IMG/VR virus record: IMGVR_UViG_3300034082_003579
Reading direction: 5' to 3' (one strand)
DNA from: a virus
Lineage: Duplodnaviria > Heunggongvirae > Uroviricota > Caudoviricetes
DNA length: 64,000 bases
The position numbers and the translations under genes are program-made. Of the stretch, positions 39,244 to 47,744 are shown in pieces; the first letter of the stretch is position 1, and each line of letters begins with the position of its first letter. The notes beneath the pieces are model-generated. The model was not told where the DNA came from. It saw only the letters and a list, made by a program, of their open reading frames with translations, and did not search any database.

Positions 39244-40407
39244 TTAGAACTGGTGACGCAAGCCAACACCGACTACAGTGCTCTTGGCAGTGTCAACAGT
39301 AGCCAGGTTATCCATGTAACTCACGTAAGCATACGCATTGGTGCGCTTGGTGAAATCATATGTATAGCCCAGGTTGTAAGCTGACTGATTCTGTGCATTG
39401 TAAACATCTTTCATGTTGGTGTTGGGAGTCAACAAGGTCCAGCTGACCATGACACGGCTTGTGGCGTTGACTGGAACTGTGGCACCCAGCAAGTAGCTGT
39501 TGTAACCCATGTTCTGATCAAAGATCACTTCGCCTGTGTTGTTGGATGGATTGCCATTCAAGTTAACACCAGCACCGGTAGCACCGTTGCCCTGACCCAG
39601 AATGTAACCACCGCGTGTCTGACCGTAAGCTGCTGACAATTTAACAACTTTCAGATCATATGCACCACCCAAGTTCCATGAACTGGGGTTGCTCTGACTG
39701 ATTGATGCCGAAGGTGCATAAATCTTGTCATAGGACAAAGCAGCGTAAACAGGGCCATTGGTGTAGTTGGCACCCAATGACAGCTGGCGAACGTTGTTGT
39801 TGGTTTCAAAGTTGTAACCACTGGAACCGGCTACTGCACTAGCACCGTCGATTGCTGTGTTGCTCATGCCATTAGCAAATGAGTAAGCAGCACCTGCACG
39901 GAATCCTGCCATCGAGGGTGACTGATATTTGACAGCATTGCTCATGCGCAAGGTATTGGCTGCACCGAATGCTGCACCAATGTTGGCTTGTCCAAAGCCT
40001 TGACTGAACGGGTCAACTGCACCAAAATAGTCAGTGGCCAAGTTGTATTGACGACCGATACGGGCCAAGCCCCAAGCATCGTTTTCCACACCCAAGTAAG
40101 CCTGACGACCAAACAGTCGATTAGATTGACCGTTGGTACCATTACCTAATTCAAATCCGTTTTCTAAAACAAAAGTAACGCGGTTACCGTTGCCAATGTC
40201 TTCAACGCCACGCAGACCAAAACGGTTGCCACTTTGTACGCCGTATGCTGCACCAAAGTTTGATGCAGACGCACCTTGCAAGCTCACTGTTTGATAACGA
40301 ATTCCAGCATCTAGAATGCCGTACAAGGTAACAGATGATTGAGCTGTAGCTGCAAAGCTCAGGCCCATTGTGGCCGTTAGTACTGCTAGTTTATGAGTAA
40401 CTTTCAT
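39244..40407 (-). CDS. Gram-negative porin
   Basis: signal peptide; beta-strand-alternating composition; C-terminal ...GLRHQF (terminal Phe). Confidence 0.6.
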   Translation of the reverse strand: MKVTHKLAVLTATMGLSFAATAQSSVTLYGILDAGIRYQTVSLQGASASNFGAAYGVQSGNRFGLRGVEDIGNGNRVTFVLENGFELGNGTNGQSNRLFGRQAYLGVENDAWGLARIGRQYNLATDYFGAVDPFSQGFGQANIGAAFGAANTLRMSNAVKYQSPSMAGFRAGAAYSFANGMSNTAIDGASAVAGSSGYNFETNNNVRQLSLGANYTNGPVYAALSYDKIYAPSASISQSNPSSWNLGGAYDLKVVKLSAAYGQTRGGYILGQGNGATGAGVNLNGNPSNNTGEVIFDQNMGYNSYLLGATVPVNATSRVMVSWTLLTPNTNMKDVYNAQNQSAYNLGYTYDFTKRTNAYAYVSYMDNLATVDTAKSTVVGVGLRHQF

Positions 40408-40504
40408 TACTTCTCCTTTAAAGTTTTAAAAATGTGTATATATTTATAGACAAGTAAGTATATAACAAAATAACAGGGTTGTCAAATATTTCGAACACAC
40501 AAGG

Positions 40505-40535
40505 AAAAAAAGCCCACCGAAATGGGCTTGGTGGT
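40505..40535. terminator. terminator-like hairpin upstream of the porin gene
   Basis: aaaaaagcccaccgaaatgggcttggtggtttt. Confidence 0.45.
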
Positions 40536-40766
40536 TTTAGTTACAAGGTATTTCCTACCCCGGTAGTGATCACGCCGCTAGACGTTCTGCTACAAAGCTA
40601 TCTTCGTTTGCTTTTATTGGTTTTTTACTTTTAACGACTATCTGTGTCGAGTTGTCCATGCCGTTACTTGTTGCCCAATCGAAACCTGGTCAGCCCCATC
40701 AGAAGCATTCTAAACTCTTTCTCATCTCTTGAACAATCGTCATCAGTTACTTGAGGAGAATGCTTT

Positions 40767-40800
40767 TGGTGGAGCTGGAGGGAATCGAACCCTCGTCTTG
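40767..40800 (-). other. tRNA 3'-half-like fragment (T-arm + acceptor + CCA), no 5' partner
   Basis: revcomp reads gagggttcgattccctc-cagctcc-a-cca; no complementary 5' acceptor strand found within 350 nt. Confidence 0.3.
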
Positions 40801-40833
40801 AACACTTTTCTCTTTACTTCATACAACAATTCT

Positions 40834-41046
40834 TTACAGTAAAAAAACCGCCGAACCCAGCAACACAATCAACACTGCAATAACTACAGCAAGTCGAATT
40901 GCATTTTTAAATTCTTTGTCGGGCATGGAAACTTCTTCCACTGCAGGTTTTTCCACCTGAGTTTTTACAGGTTCAGCATCAGCAGTTAGAGAAAGATACA
41001 CAAGATAAACTGCTGCTAATATTCCTAATATGATAAAGATCTTCAT
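40834..41046 (-). CDS. small membrane protein
   Basis: 70 aa, two hydrophobic helices. Confidence 0.3.
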   Translation of the reverse strand: MKIFIILGILAAVYLVYLSLTADAEPVKTQVEKPAVEEVSMPDKEFKNAIRLAVVIAVLIVLLGSAVFLL

Positions 41047-41050
41047 AAAA

Positions 41051-41293
41051 TTATTTATTCTCTACTTCCGGCGGACGTTCACGACGATCCAAGGTCCTGG
41101 GTTTGAGCAGATAATCACGACCAATATTGCCTGCTTCGATTTCTCTAATGGCAGTAACCACAAGATCGTTTTTGCACTGCACTGTAGGAAACCATCCGCG
41201 TTTGAGTTCACGTACACGTCTAGCAGCAATTAACACTAGATCATACTGGTTGCCTACAGCTAGAGCAGCTCGCTGACTGGTAATTCTGGCCAT
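41051..41293 (-). CDS. rpoZ: RNA polymerase omega subunit homolog
   Basis: MARITSQRAALAVGNQYDLVLIAARRVRELK aligns with E. coli RpoZ [31 protein letters not shown]; start set at the internal Met of the longer track ORF. Confidence 0.7.
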   Translation of the reverse strand: MARITSQRAALAVGNQYDLVLIAARRVRELKRGWFPTVQCKNDLVVTAIREIEAGNIGRDYLLKPRTLDRRERPPEVENK

Positions 41294-41352
41294 GATATTT
41301 CCTTGTTTATGAGTGGTTAATATATGTATTGTACAGCAGTTTTTGATGTGTG

Positions 41353-41592
41353 TCAACTCCAGGAGATGACAAATAAGGTACGGTCTTGGTCCCAACGAAA
41401 CGCTACACCAAGTTGGTACGTAGTACCGCTGTCGGCCCAGGCCCAGTGTGTGAAATGACCACCCACACGATTGTTTAGCCAATGCTCTACAGTTCTGATA
41501 CCCAACTCCCAATCTAACTGAGCCTGCTCAAAACTGGGCCAAGGTACAGAAGCTGAATATTCAAATGAGTGTCGGTCTATCAGCATCCGCAT
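41353..41592 (-). CDS. hypothetical protein (small-ORF family; C-terminus TLFVISWS)
   Basis: 79 aa. Confidence 0.4.
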   Translation of the reverse strand: MRMLIDRHSFEYSASVPWPSFEQAQLDWELGIRTVEHWLNNRVGGHFTHWAWADSGTTYQLGVAFRWDQDRTLFVISWS

Positions 41593-41616
41593 GTGTGTAT
41601 TTACACCGCATGCGGA

Positions 41617-42492
41617 TTATTCCTCCCAGGATGGATCAAATGTGACTGTTCCGTCAATGCCGATATTAAACCCTTTAGTAGTCCAATGATTAGCACGACT
41701 TTCGTATCCGTGATAACCACGTGGATTACACAGTACGGTAGTTTCACCAATTTGATACTTGAACTCGTCATGTGTATGACCATGTGTCCAAACTCGAATC
41801 TCAGGATGATCCAGCATAAGTTGGCTCAGATCACTAGAGTATCCACCATTCATCAACGTATCATGTTCGTACATGGGTTTGATACTGAGCTTGCTTGGTG
41901 CCATATGCGTAACCATAACAACCGGACGCGGAGTTTCGCGCTCTTTGTTGTTACGCAATACCTGCACGATATATTCCTTGGTACGCATGTGCTCTTCGGC
42001 TGTACGTTCTGGAGTTAGCTTGTGATAGATGTTGCCGTTTTTCATTGTAATGATACGGTAATCGTTCATGCCCGACTTGAGATGGAACATGGTCAAGCCG
42101 TCACCTTTATTGCAATCAGTCCACAGCGTAGCACCAACAAACAGTACTCCGTCGATTTCTACAGTTTCTTTTTCTAGTAGCTGTACATGATCCGGTAAAT
42201 TGTCTCGAATTTGATCGTATGTCTTGTCGAAGCGGCCACCGTAATGCTCGTGATTGCCCATGACCAAAATGGTTTTGCGATACTTGGCACATTCTTCTTC
42301 AAAGAACCTGTAGAAACGACCTTTCTTTCGACGCGGATCTTCAAATGCAAAATGTACAGTGTCAGGCCCGTAGGCACTTTTGTCCAAGTAACGAGCTTCA
42401 CAAGCATCACCTGAAATGATCAGGATATCGCCACCTGGTAACGTTAAATCTCCAAACTCTAAATGTAGGTCAGAACAAAGGTCTACACGCAT
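41617..42492 (-). CDS. calcineurin-like metallophosphoesterase
   Basis: DLHLEFG, GNHEHY, GHTH motifs. Confidence 0.75.
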   Translation of the reverse strand: MRVDLCSDLHLEFGDLTLPGGDILIISGDACEARYLDKSAYGPDTVHFAFEDPRRKKGRFYRFFEEECAKYRKTILVMGNHEHYGGRFDKTYDQIRDNLPDHVQLLEKETVEIDGVLFVGATLWTDCNKGDGLTMFHLKSGMNDYRIITMKNGNIYHKLTPERTAEEHMRTKEYIVQVLRNNKERETPRPVVMVTHMAPSKLSIKPMYEHDTLMNGGYSSDLSQLMLDHPEIRVWTHGHTHDEFKYQIGETTVLCNPRGYHGYESRANHWTTKGFNIGIDGTVTFDPSWEE

Positions 42493-42995
42493 TTTATTTC
42501 TCCAAAATACTCAGTAGAAACACTGAGTTTGTGCTTTCGCAGCATAAATACTTTCATAGTAGAAACCATGAGTTGTACTATATTTTACAAGGAAAGACAC
42601 ACAATGTCAATAGCAATATTACTCGAACGCCTGGCCGAAATGTTTCCAAAGCAAGATTATCACTCACGCATGGATCGTTATATCTCTTTAAGACAACCTA
42701 AATCTACCGCTGATGTAGAAAACCTACAAAAACAGTTTGAACAACAAAACCACCGAGGACTAATACTATGAAAGCTATTTTTACCGCAATCATCAACTAT
42801 ATGCAACGCCTAGAAGAATATCGCGTTGGACAAATTGTACGCACAAGAGGATGGGAATAAACTATGAAAATTTTAACTGCAATCTGGAATTTTTTTGAAG
42901 AACTTGCTGTAGCAAGAGCAGCTGGTATATTAGCAAGACAAGGTCGAAAGCAAGAAGCCGTCGACCTTATGAAAAATGCTAAAATTATCTAACAG

Positions 42996-43355
42996 TTAGG
43001 GTTGTTCGCCGTACTTGTTCTGACCGGGGTTGGGAGGAATGAATGCCAATGCAATTGCTATGGCAAATCCAACGTAGGGAATAAGATACAAAAATACCCA
43101 ACATCCGCTTTGACCAAAGTCACGAATTCGCTGTGCCGAAACAATCATGCCCATAACATATAATGCAATAAATGCCGGGATCATGATGACGAGACTAAGT
43201 CCGTAAGACAAGAATGCAAAAACGGCACCTACAATTGCTACTGCAATTGCCAATGCAACCAATGCCACGTTGGCCAATACATAGCTCTTTCGACCGCGAC
43301 GTCCTTCAAATTTAAACATGCTACCAAAAAAAGATTGTGCTTGAATGGTGTCCAC
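42996..43355 (-). CDS. DUF805-family inner-membrane protein
   Basis: GRRGRKSY motif followed by 3 TM helices. Confidence 0.45.
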   Translation of the reverse strand: MDTIQAQSFFGSMFKFEGRRGRKSYVLANVALVALAIAVAIVGAVFAFLSYGLSLVIMIPAFIALYVMGMIVSAQRIRDFGQSGCWVFLYLIPYVGFAIAIALAFIPPNPGQNKYGEQP

Positions 43356-43388
43356 TGTGGGATCTCCTGATTAAGTTAATGTATGTGT

Positions 43389-43417
43389 ATTGTACTGTGT
43401 GATGTATTACTGGTCAA
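43389..43417 (-). promoter_or_regulatory. sigma70-like promoter TTGACC-N17-TACAAT
   Basis: TTGACCagtaatacatcacacagTACAAT upstream of the DUF805 gene. Confidence 0.55.
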
Positions 43418-43432
43418 CTGCTTAGGTGATAT

Positions 43433-43507
43433 TGGTGCCCCCACCCGGAATCGAACTGGGATTTGATGATTACAAGTCAACTGTAATAGCCGTTATACTA
43501 TAGGGGC
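43433..43507 (-). tRNA. tRNA-Thr(TGT) (tentative)
   Basis: acceptor gcccctA/tgggggc, anticodon loop cuUGUaa, T-loop ttcgatt, CCA encoded; one mismatch each in the anticodon and T stems. Confidence 0.55.
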
Positions 43508-43517
43508 GTGGAACTGT

Positions 43518-43724
43518 TTACTCAACTGATTCGACAGCTACAACTTTTTCGATGTAGCCTTTTCGACTTGTTACAATACGAATACGATTGAGAATCTTTG
43601 CCTTGATCTTTTTCTTACCTTCTTTTTCTACCAAGGTAGTAAGTTGGGCCACTGTCAATCCACCTAGTCTGGTCTTGCCAGACTTGGTCTTGTTTGGATC
43701 TCTAACTTGATTACGTTGTGCCAT
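43518..43724 (-). CDS. small basic protein
   Basis: 68 aa, Lys/Arg-rich. Confidence 0.35.
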   Translation of the reverse strand: MAQRNQVRDPNKTKSGKTRLGGLTVAQLTTLVEKEGKKKIKAKILNRIRIVTSRKGYIEKVVAVESVE

Positions 43725-43742
43725 TTGATTCCTTTAAAATTT

Positions 43743-43832
43743 TGGCGGAGCGTCAGGGAGTCGAACCCTGTGAGCGTATTACTACACTCTACAGATTAGC
43801 AATCTGCTGCCTTACCATCCGGCCCACGCTCC
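43743..43832 (-). tRNA. tRNA-Ser(GCT)
   Basis: perfect acceptor ggagcgt/acgctcc, anticodon stem gcaga/tctgt, loop uuGCUaa, long variable arm, T-loop ttcgact. Confidence 0.75.
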
Positions 43833-44278
43833 AATTGTTCTACTTCAATACCGCACGACTTTAAAAACTGTACTCCGGCGTTGTCTCTATAGGCCGATCC
43901 AAAATACACACGACGGATACCGCTTTGATATATCAGTTTAGCGCAGTCGATACAAGGAGCGTGAGTGATAAACATAACACTGCCGTCTCCGGATTCACTG
44001 CTGCGAGCCAACTTCGAAATTGCGTTTGATTCTGCATGCAACACCTCTGGTTTGGTTTTTAGTACTATCCTATGTATAGAACCTTCAAATCCTGCATACG
44101 GTTCCACGCTTTCATCTTCACAGTTGTTATCCCAACCTGCTGGCATACCGTTGTAGCCAATGCTAATGATACGATCATCTTTGACCACAATGGCACCAAC
44201 ATGCAATCGCCTGGCGTGGCTGAGTTCTGCAAATGTCTCTGCAGTCCGCATGTAAGCTTCAAGTAAATTGGGTTTCAT
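43796..44278 (-). CDS. dCMP (deoxycytidylate) deaminase
   Basis: HAESNAI and PCIDCAKLI zinc-binding CDA motifs; 3' end overlaps tRNA-Ser(GCT). Confidence 0.8.
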   Translation of the reverse strand: MKPNLLEAYMRTAETFAELSHARRLHVGAIVVKDDRIISIGYNGMPAGWDNNCEDESVEPYAGFEGSIHRIVLKTKPEVLHAESNAISKLARSSESGDGSVMFITHAPCIDCAKLIYQSGIRRVYFGSAYRDNAGVQFLKSCGIEVEQLERGPDGKAADC

Positions 44279-44439
44279 CTGCCTCGACCTGCTGATTTTG
44301 CTGGTGGCTTTTTGACCGACGTGACTGCGCCAGTTTTCTTTGCTTTCTTTTCTACTGCAGGAGCACCATCAGGCTCAACGTGATGAATACCTTTTTTCTT
44401 TTCCAGTGCTGCCTTGAGTGTATCAGTTAGCTTGGACAT
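44275..44439 (-). CDS. small hypothetical protein
   Basis: start reassigned to MSKLTD with AAGGA RBS; Lys-rich. Confidence 0.35.
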   Translation of the reverse strand: MSKLTDTLKAALEKKKGIHHVEPDGAPAVEKKAKKTGAVTSVKKPPAKSAGRGR

Positions 44440-44633
44440 TATAACAGTTCCTTGAGATTCTTCAGTTGCAATGGACTCAACAACAAGCGATATTGAATCT
44501 GTTCGCGGCCATCTCGTCGGGCTCCGACCCATTCGGTGGAGAATTTTAATTCTGAATAACCTTGTGGGTGTAGCACTGATTTAATTTCTACTAGGGTTTT
44601 GAATCCGTCTGTTTCGCTGACAATAGTCTTCAT
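44439..44633 (-). CDS. hypothetical protein
   Basis: 64-aa ORF; its stop overlaps the downstream start. Confidence 0.35.
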   Translation of the reverse strand: MKTIVSETDGFKTLVEIKSVLHPQGYSELKFSTEWVGARRDGREQIQYRLLLSPLQLKNLKELL

Positions 44634-44659
44634 TGTGTCCTCACGTTAATTTGCTTTGA

Positions 44660-44732
44660 TGCAGGAACTGGATTCGAACCAGCGACCTCCAGGTTATGAG
44701 CCTAGCGGGATGACCAACTTCCCTACCCTGCG
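44660..44732 (-). tRNA. tRNA-fMet-like initiator (CAT) with C1:A72 mismatch
   Basis: cgcaggg...acceptor with C1-A72 unpaired, anticodon loop cuCAUaa, T-loop ttcgaat; CCA not encoded. Confidence 0.65.
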
Positions 44733-44835
44733 TCAAAACAAACTAAATGGAGCGGGAGGCGAGAGTTGAACTCGTCTATTTCTGCTTGGAAGGCAGACGT
44801 GTAACCACAAACACTTCACCCGCTTTGTTCTTAAA

Positions 44836-45531
44836 TTACTGTATACCAAATTCTTTGGCAGCAGCCTGTTTGAATTTTTCGTTGTTGGAAAAGATTCTAA
44901 CGCCGCTGTTGTCGAAACCAACAATGTTGGCTCCAGTTTCTGCATACTGTTGTGCCCATTCAAATATCTGTTCAGTTGGCATGCGCCCTGCATAAGATAA
45001 TCTAAGATAACGTTGATTTTCTAAGTATCTAATCAGTATTATAATACCACTTTTGGCTGGAGTCAACCAGTCTGGAATCTGTGTATTTTCTTTCCAATGA
45101 CACACAAAAGTCTTGCAAGGTGAATCGGGTCTAATGGGATAGATGCTGCAACCACTGCGATTGGCAAAGTAACAGGGCTTACCGGGACTAAAATCATGCC
45201 CGTAAGCAGACCCTGACAACCAACCATCGCAGCACTTGGTACAAGTACCGCAGGCACGATCAGCCTTTTTAGTAGTTTCTAATGCAAGAGGTATAATCAT
45301 ACTGTAATTATACCAGATCTCGACCTTGACATACAAAATATTGGGTATGGTAACGCTCTGATCAAGCAAGGGCGTGTGACCATTGCACTTGATCAGTGAT
45401 ACCATATTGAAATACACTAAATCTATTGTATCGTCAAATACAACTTTGCCCGGTTGACGCCGGACCGCCGGGTAGTGAATTAATCCACTACCGGTAGAGG
45501 ATTCTACATGGTGGCGTTTAATGTACTTCAA
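44836..45531 (-). CDS. YkgJ/UPF0153-like Cys-cluster protein
   Basis: CGTCTKCCDGW (CxxCxxCC) putative Zn/Fe-chelating domain; the true start may be internal. Confidence 0.45.
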   Translation of the reverse strand: MKYIKRHHVESSTGSGLIHYPAVRRQPGKVVFDDTIDLVYFNMVSLIKCNGHTPLLDQSVTIPNILYVKVEIWYNYSMIIPLALETTKKADRACGTCTKCCDGWLSGSAYGHDFSPGKPCYFANRSGCSIYPIRPDSPCKTFVCHWKENTQIPDWLTPAKSGIIILIRYLENQRYLRLSYAGRMPTEQIFEWAQQYAETGANIVGFDNSGVRIFSNNEKFKQAAAKEFGIQ

Positions 45532-45803
45532 TATGGTGTAGGCTAAATCGTCCCCGACTCCCCTACTTGAGTTGTCTACCCTGTCCGAATGATTTCTTTT
45601 ATATGGGCGTGATCATCAACACCCTACGATTTCTCCAGGCTCCCTCCATCGGGACTCTGAGGTAGATCGTAAGCACCCTTAACTTTATCGTGGAGTTAAT
45701 TCACGCCCTGTGAGTAACGGCTAGGGACGCCGGGATTCTTGAAAGTTCCGATATAACCCATCGTCACTTACAACCGTTGGACATATTGCTATGTCGTTTG
45801 ACC

Positions 45804-45888
45804 TGGTGGAGTATCCTGGGATCGAACCAGGCGTGCGCAAGCGCGGCGGATTTACAGTCCACTGCATCACCGTTGATGCTTCTACTCC
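45804..45888 (-). tRNA. tRNA-Tyr(GTA)
   Basis: acceptor ggagtag/ctactcc (wobble), anticodon stem gtgga/tccgc, loop cuGUAaa, long variable arm, T-loop ttcgatc. Confidence 0.75.
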
Positions 45889-45917
45889 ATTGACCATTTA
45901 AATATTAAATCATATTT

Positions 45918-47033
45918 TTGATGCTTATAAATAAATTTTTAATTGGTGACAAAATGTCTTTTATATGTAAAGCGCCGTGGACTAGTATTGCTTTTCAACC
46001 AACCGGTGTTGCTCCTTGTTGCATGTATCAGCTTGATGAACTAGAAGAATTCCGCAGCGACGGGAAACTTTTCCAAAAAATACGAGATTCATTTACTGAC
46101 GGAATTGTTCCCACTGGTTGCGTTCGATGTTCTAGTCGAGTAAATCAAGGAAATGAAGAATCGGCTTACTTCAAATCATTTAATCATTACACAACCAATT
46201 TTTCTACTCAGTCTATTCAAGAAATAAATCTAAGGTCAAATAATTTTTGTAATTTAGCATGCCGAAGTTGCGGCCCACATTTTAGTTCTAAGTGGGAAAA
46301 AGAATTTAAAGAAACAATCGTTATTACCAAAGACTCGGACGTATTTTCTAAGATTGATACTTTAGATCTATCTGTACTCAAAACTATAGTATTCGCCGGC
46401 GGCGAACCAACTATTGTACCTGAGCATGTCCAACTGTTGAAAAAACTAATATCTATTAATCATACTCGGGTTAATATTCGAGTAGCTACAAATTTACAAA
46501 CATTAACAAACAAGAATGTTAACTTAATTGACTTATGGAAGAATTTTCCAAATCTTATATTACATATAAGCATTGATGCAGTCGGTAATAATGCCGTTAA
46601 TATTAGATCAGGAACCAATTGGGAGACAATGGTATCTAACATAGAAAAAGTTAGTAAAAATAATATAGATTTTAATTTTGCTATTACTGTAAGTGCATTG
46701 AATATCTGGTTTCTAGAAAAAACGCTTGACTATCTAACAGAAACATTTCCAAAAAACAATAAATTATTACAATTACTTAATACACCAGACATATTAGATA
46801 TCTCGGTTATTCCGCCAAAATACCGAGACTCGATAAATCAAATGCTTAAATCATGCCAGCAAAAAAAATACGAAGTTAATCACATTAAACATTATTTTGA
46901 TAATAATGATACCTCTCAATTTTGGCAAAATTTTTTAACCTATAATCTATTTTTAGATGTAAATCGCCAAGAAAATTTTTGTCAATCTTTGCCGATATAT
47001 GATCAACTGATGATAGACTGGGTACATCTTTAA
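45918..47033 (+). CDS. radical SAM domain protein (paralog of 3962..5380)
   Basis: CNLACRSCGP CxxxCxxC motif; embedded in the tRNA island. Confidence 0.6.
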   Translation: MMLINKFLIGDKMSFICKAPWTSIAFQPTGVAPCCMYQLDELEEFRSDGKLFQKIRDSFTDGIVPTGCVRCSSRVNQGNEESAYFKSFNHYTTNFSTQSIQEINLRSNNFCNLACRSCGPHFSSKWEKEFKETIVITKDSDVFSKIDTLDLSVLKTIVFAGGEPTIVPEHVQLLKKLISINHTRVNIRVATNLQTLTNKNVNLIDLWKNFPNLILHISIDAVGNNAVNIRSGTNWETMVSNIEKVSKNNIDFNFAITVSALNIWFLEKTLDYLTETFPKNNKLLQLLNTPDILDISVIPPKYRDSINQMLKSCQQKKYEVNHIKHYFDNNDTSQFWQNFLTYNLFLDVNRQENFCQSLPIYDQLMIDWVHL

Positions 47034-47062
47034 TTTAATTAAATGTAATCTACTGCATGATT

Positions 47063-47136
47063 TGGCGTATCCCCGAGGACTCGACCCTTGACTAGCGGTT
47101 TTGGAGACTGATATGCTGCCATTACATTAGAGACAC
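47063..47136 (-). tRNA. degenerate tRNA-Trp-like (CCA anticodon loop), possible pseudogene
   Basis: anticodon region cagtctccaaaaccgc is homologous to the Trp gene at 54559 but its 5' stem is mutated (3/5 pairs); T-loop gtcgagt. Confidence 0.35.
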
Positions 47137-47142
47137 AAAAAT

Positions 47143-47217
47143 TGGCGACTCGTGGGAGGATCGAACTCCCGTGACCGGATAGACAATCCAGCGTAATAAC
47201 CATTATACGAACGAGCC
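47143..47217 (-). tRNA. tRNA-Asp(GTC) (tentative)
   Basis: acceptor ggctcgt/acgagtc, anticodon stem ctgga/tccgg, loop uuGUCua (U37 unusual), T arm gggag-ttcgatc-ctccc. Confidence 0.6.
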
Positions 47218-47225
47218 ATAAACTT

Positions 47226-47302
47226 TGGGGTGACTACTGGGTAACGATCCCAGTCTACAACTTTCACAGAGTTGGGTGCGGAACCTTTACACTATAGCCA
47301 CC
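47226..47302 (-). tRNA. tRNA-His(GTG)
   Basis: extra G-1 opposite C73, anticodon stem caact/agttg, loop cuGUGaa; unusual T-loop atcgtta. Confidence 0.7.
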
Positions 47303-47311
47303 ACGGAAACT

Positions 47312-47386
47312 TGGTACTCGGTAGGGGAGTTGAACCCCTCTTGCAGGAATGAAAATCCTGAGTCCTAACCGATAGACGAACCGAGT
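47312..47386 (-). tRNA. tRNA-Glu(TTC)
   Basis: perfect acceptor actcggt/accgagt, Glu-like D-arm ttcgtcta, anticodon stem cagga/tcctg, loop uuUUCau, T-loop ttcaact. Confidence 0.65.
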
Positions 47387-47392
47387 ATAACT

Positions 47393-47433
47393 TGGTGGAG
47401 TATCCTGGGCTCTACCATTGAACTACAGCCACC
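47393..47433 (-). pseudogene. chimeric tRNA fragment (His-like 5' half fused to Tyr-like 3' end)
   Basis: 41 nt: ggtggctgtagttcaatggtagagc + ccaggatactccacca; 17 nt identical to the 3' end of tRNA-Tyr at 45804; lies 22 nt upstream of the HNH gene. Confidence 0.5.
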
Positions 47434-47454
47434 ATTGTTACTACAATAAATATT

Positions 47455-47730
47455 TTGATGAATAAAGAACGAATTCCAGTTAATATGCGCCGCATCGTAA
47501 TTGAACGAGACGGATTACGCTGTGTATATTGCGGAGTTGATTTGCTTAGTAATGAAGTACACTTAGATCATGTAGTACCTGAATCCCAAGGCGGTCCGAC
47601 TTCTGTCGGTAATTTGCAAGTTACCTGCGGTAAATGTAATCTTGAAAAAGGTATACTAACCGAAAGCGAATTTGAAAATAAACTTCGTACACGAGCGTTA
47701 AACATACTAAACAGAATTGGTTACAAATAA
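47455..47730 (+). CDS. HNH endonuclease
   Basis: CVYCGV...HLDHVVP...GN...CNLEKG: HNH motif with zinc-finger cysteines. Confidence 0.75.
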   Translation: MMNKERIPVNMRRIVIERDGLRCVYCGVDLLSNEVHLDHVVPESQGGPTSVGNLQVTCGKCNLEKGILTESEFENKLRTRALNILNRIGYK

Positions 47731-47744
47731 ATTAACACAATATT

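Noticed and set aside
27000-40500. Reading the whole window as bacterial chromosome rather than phage
   Set aside because: The spanin-containing lysis cassette, HNH, the conserved early-promoter family, translationally coupled small ORF arrays and the dense tRNA island argue for a large phage; the envelope block may nevertheless be host-derived (see findings)
40560-40800. Possible tmRNA (tRNA-like 3' end with encoded CCA)
   Set aside because: No 5' strand complementary to cagctcc and no tag-peptide reading frame/pseudoknot region found; kept only as a tRNA 3' fragment
41051-41512. Full 153-aa ORF as called in the track for the rpoZ locus
   Set aside because: The N-terminal 73 aa have no homology and a Cys/His-rich odd composition; the omega homology starts exactly at the internal Met, so the shorter CDS is preferred
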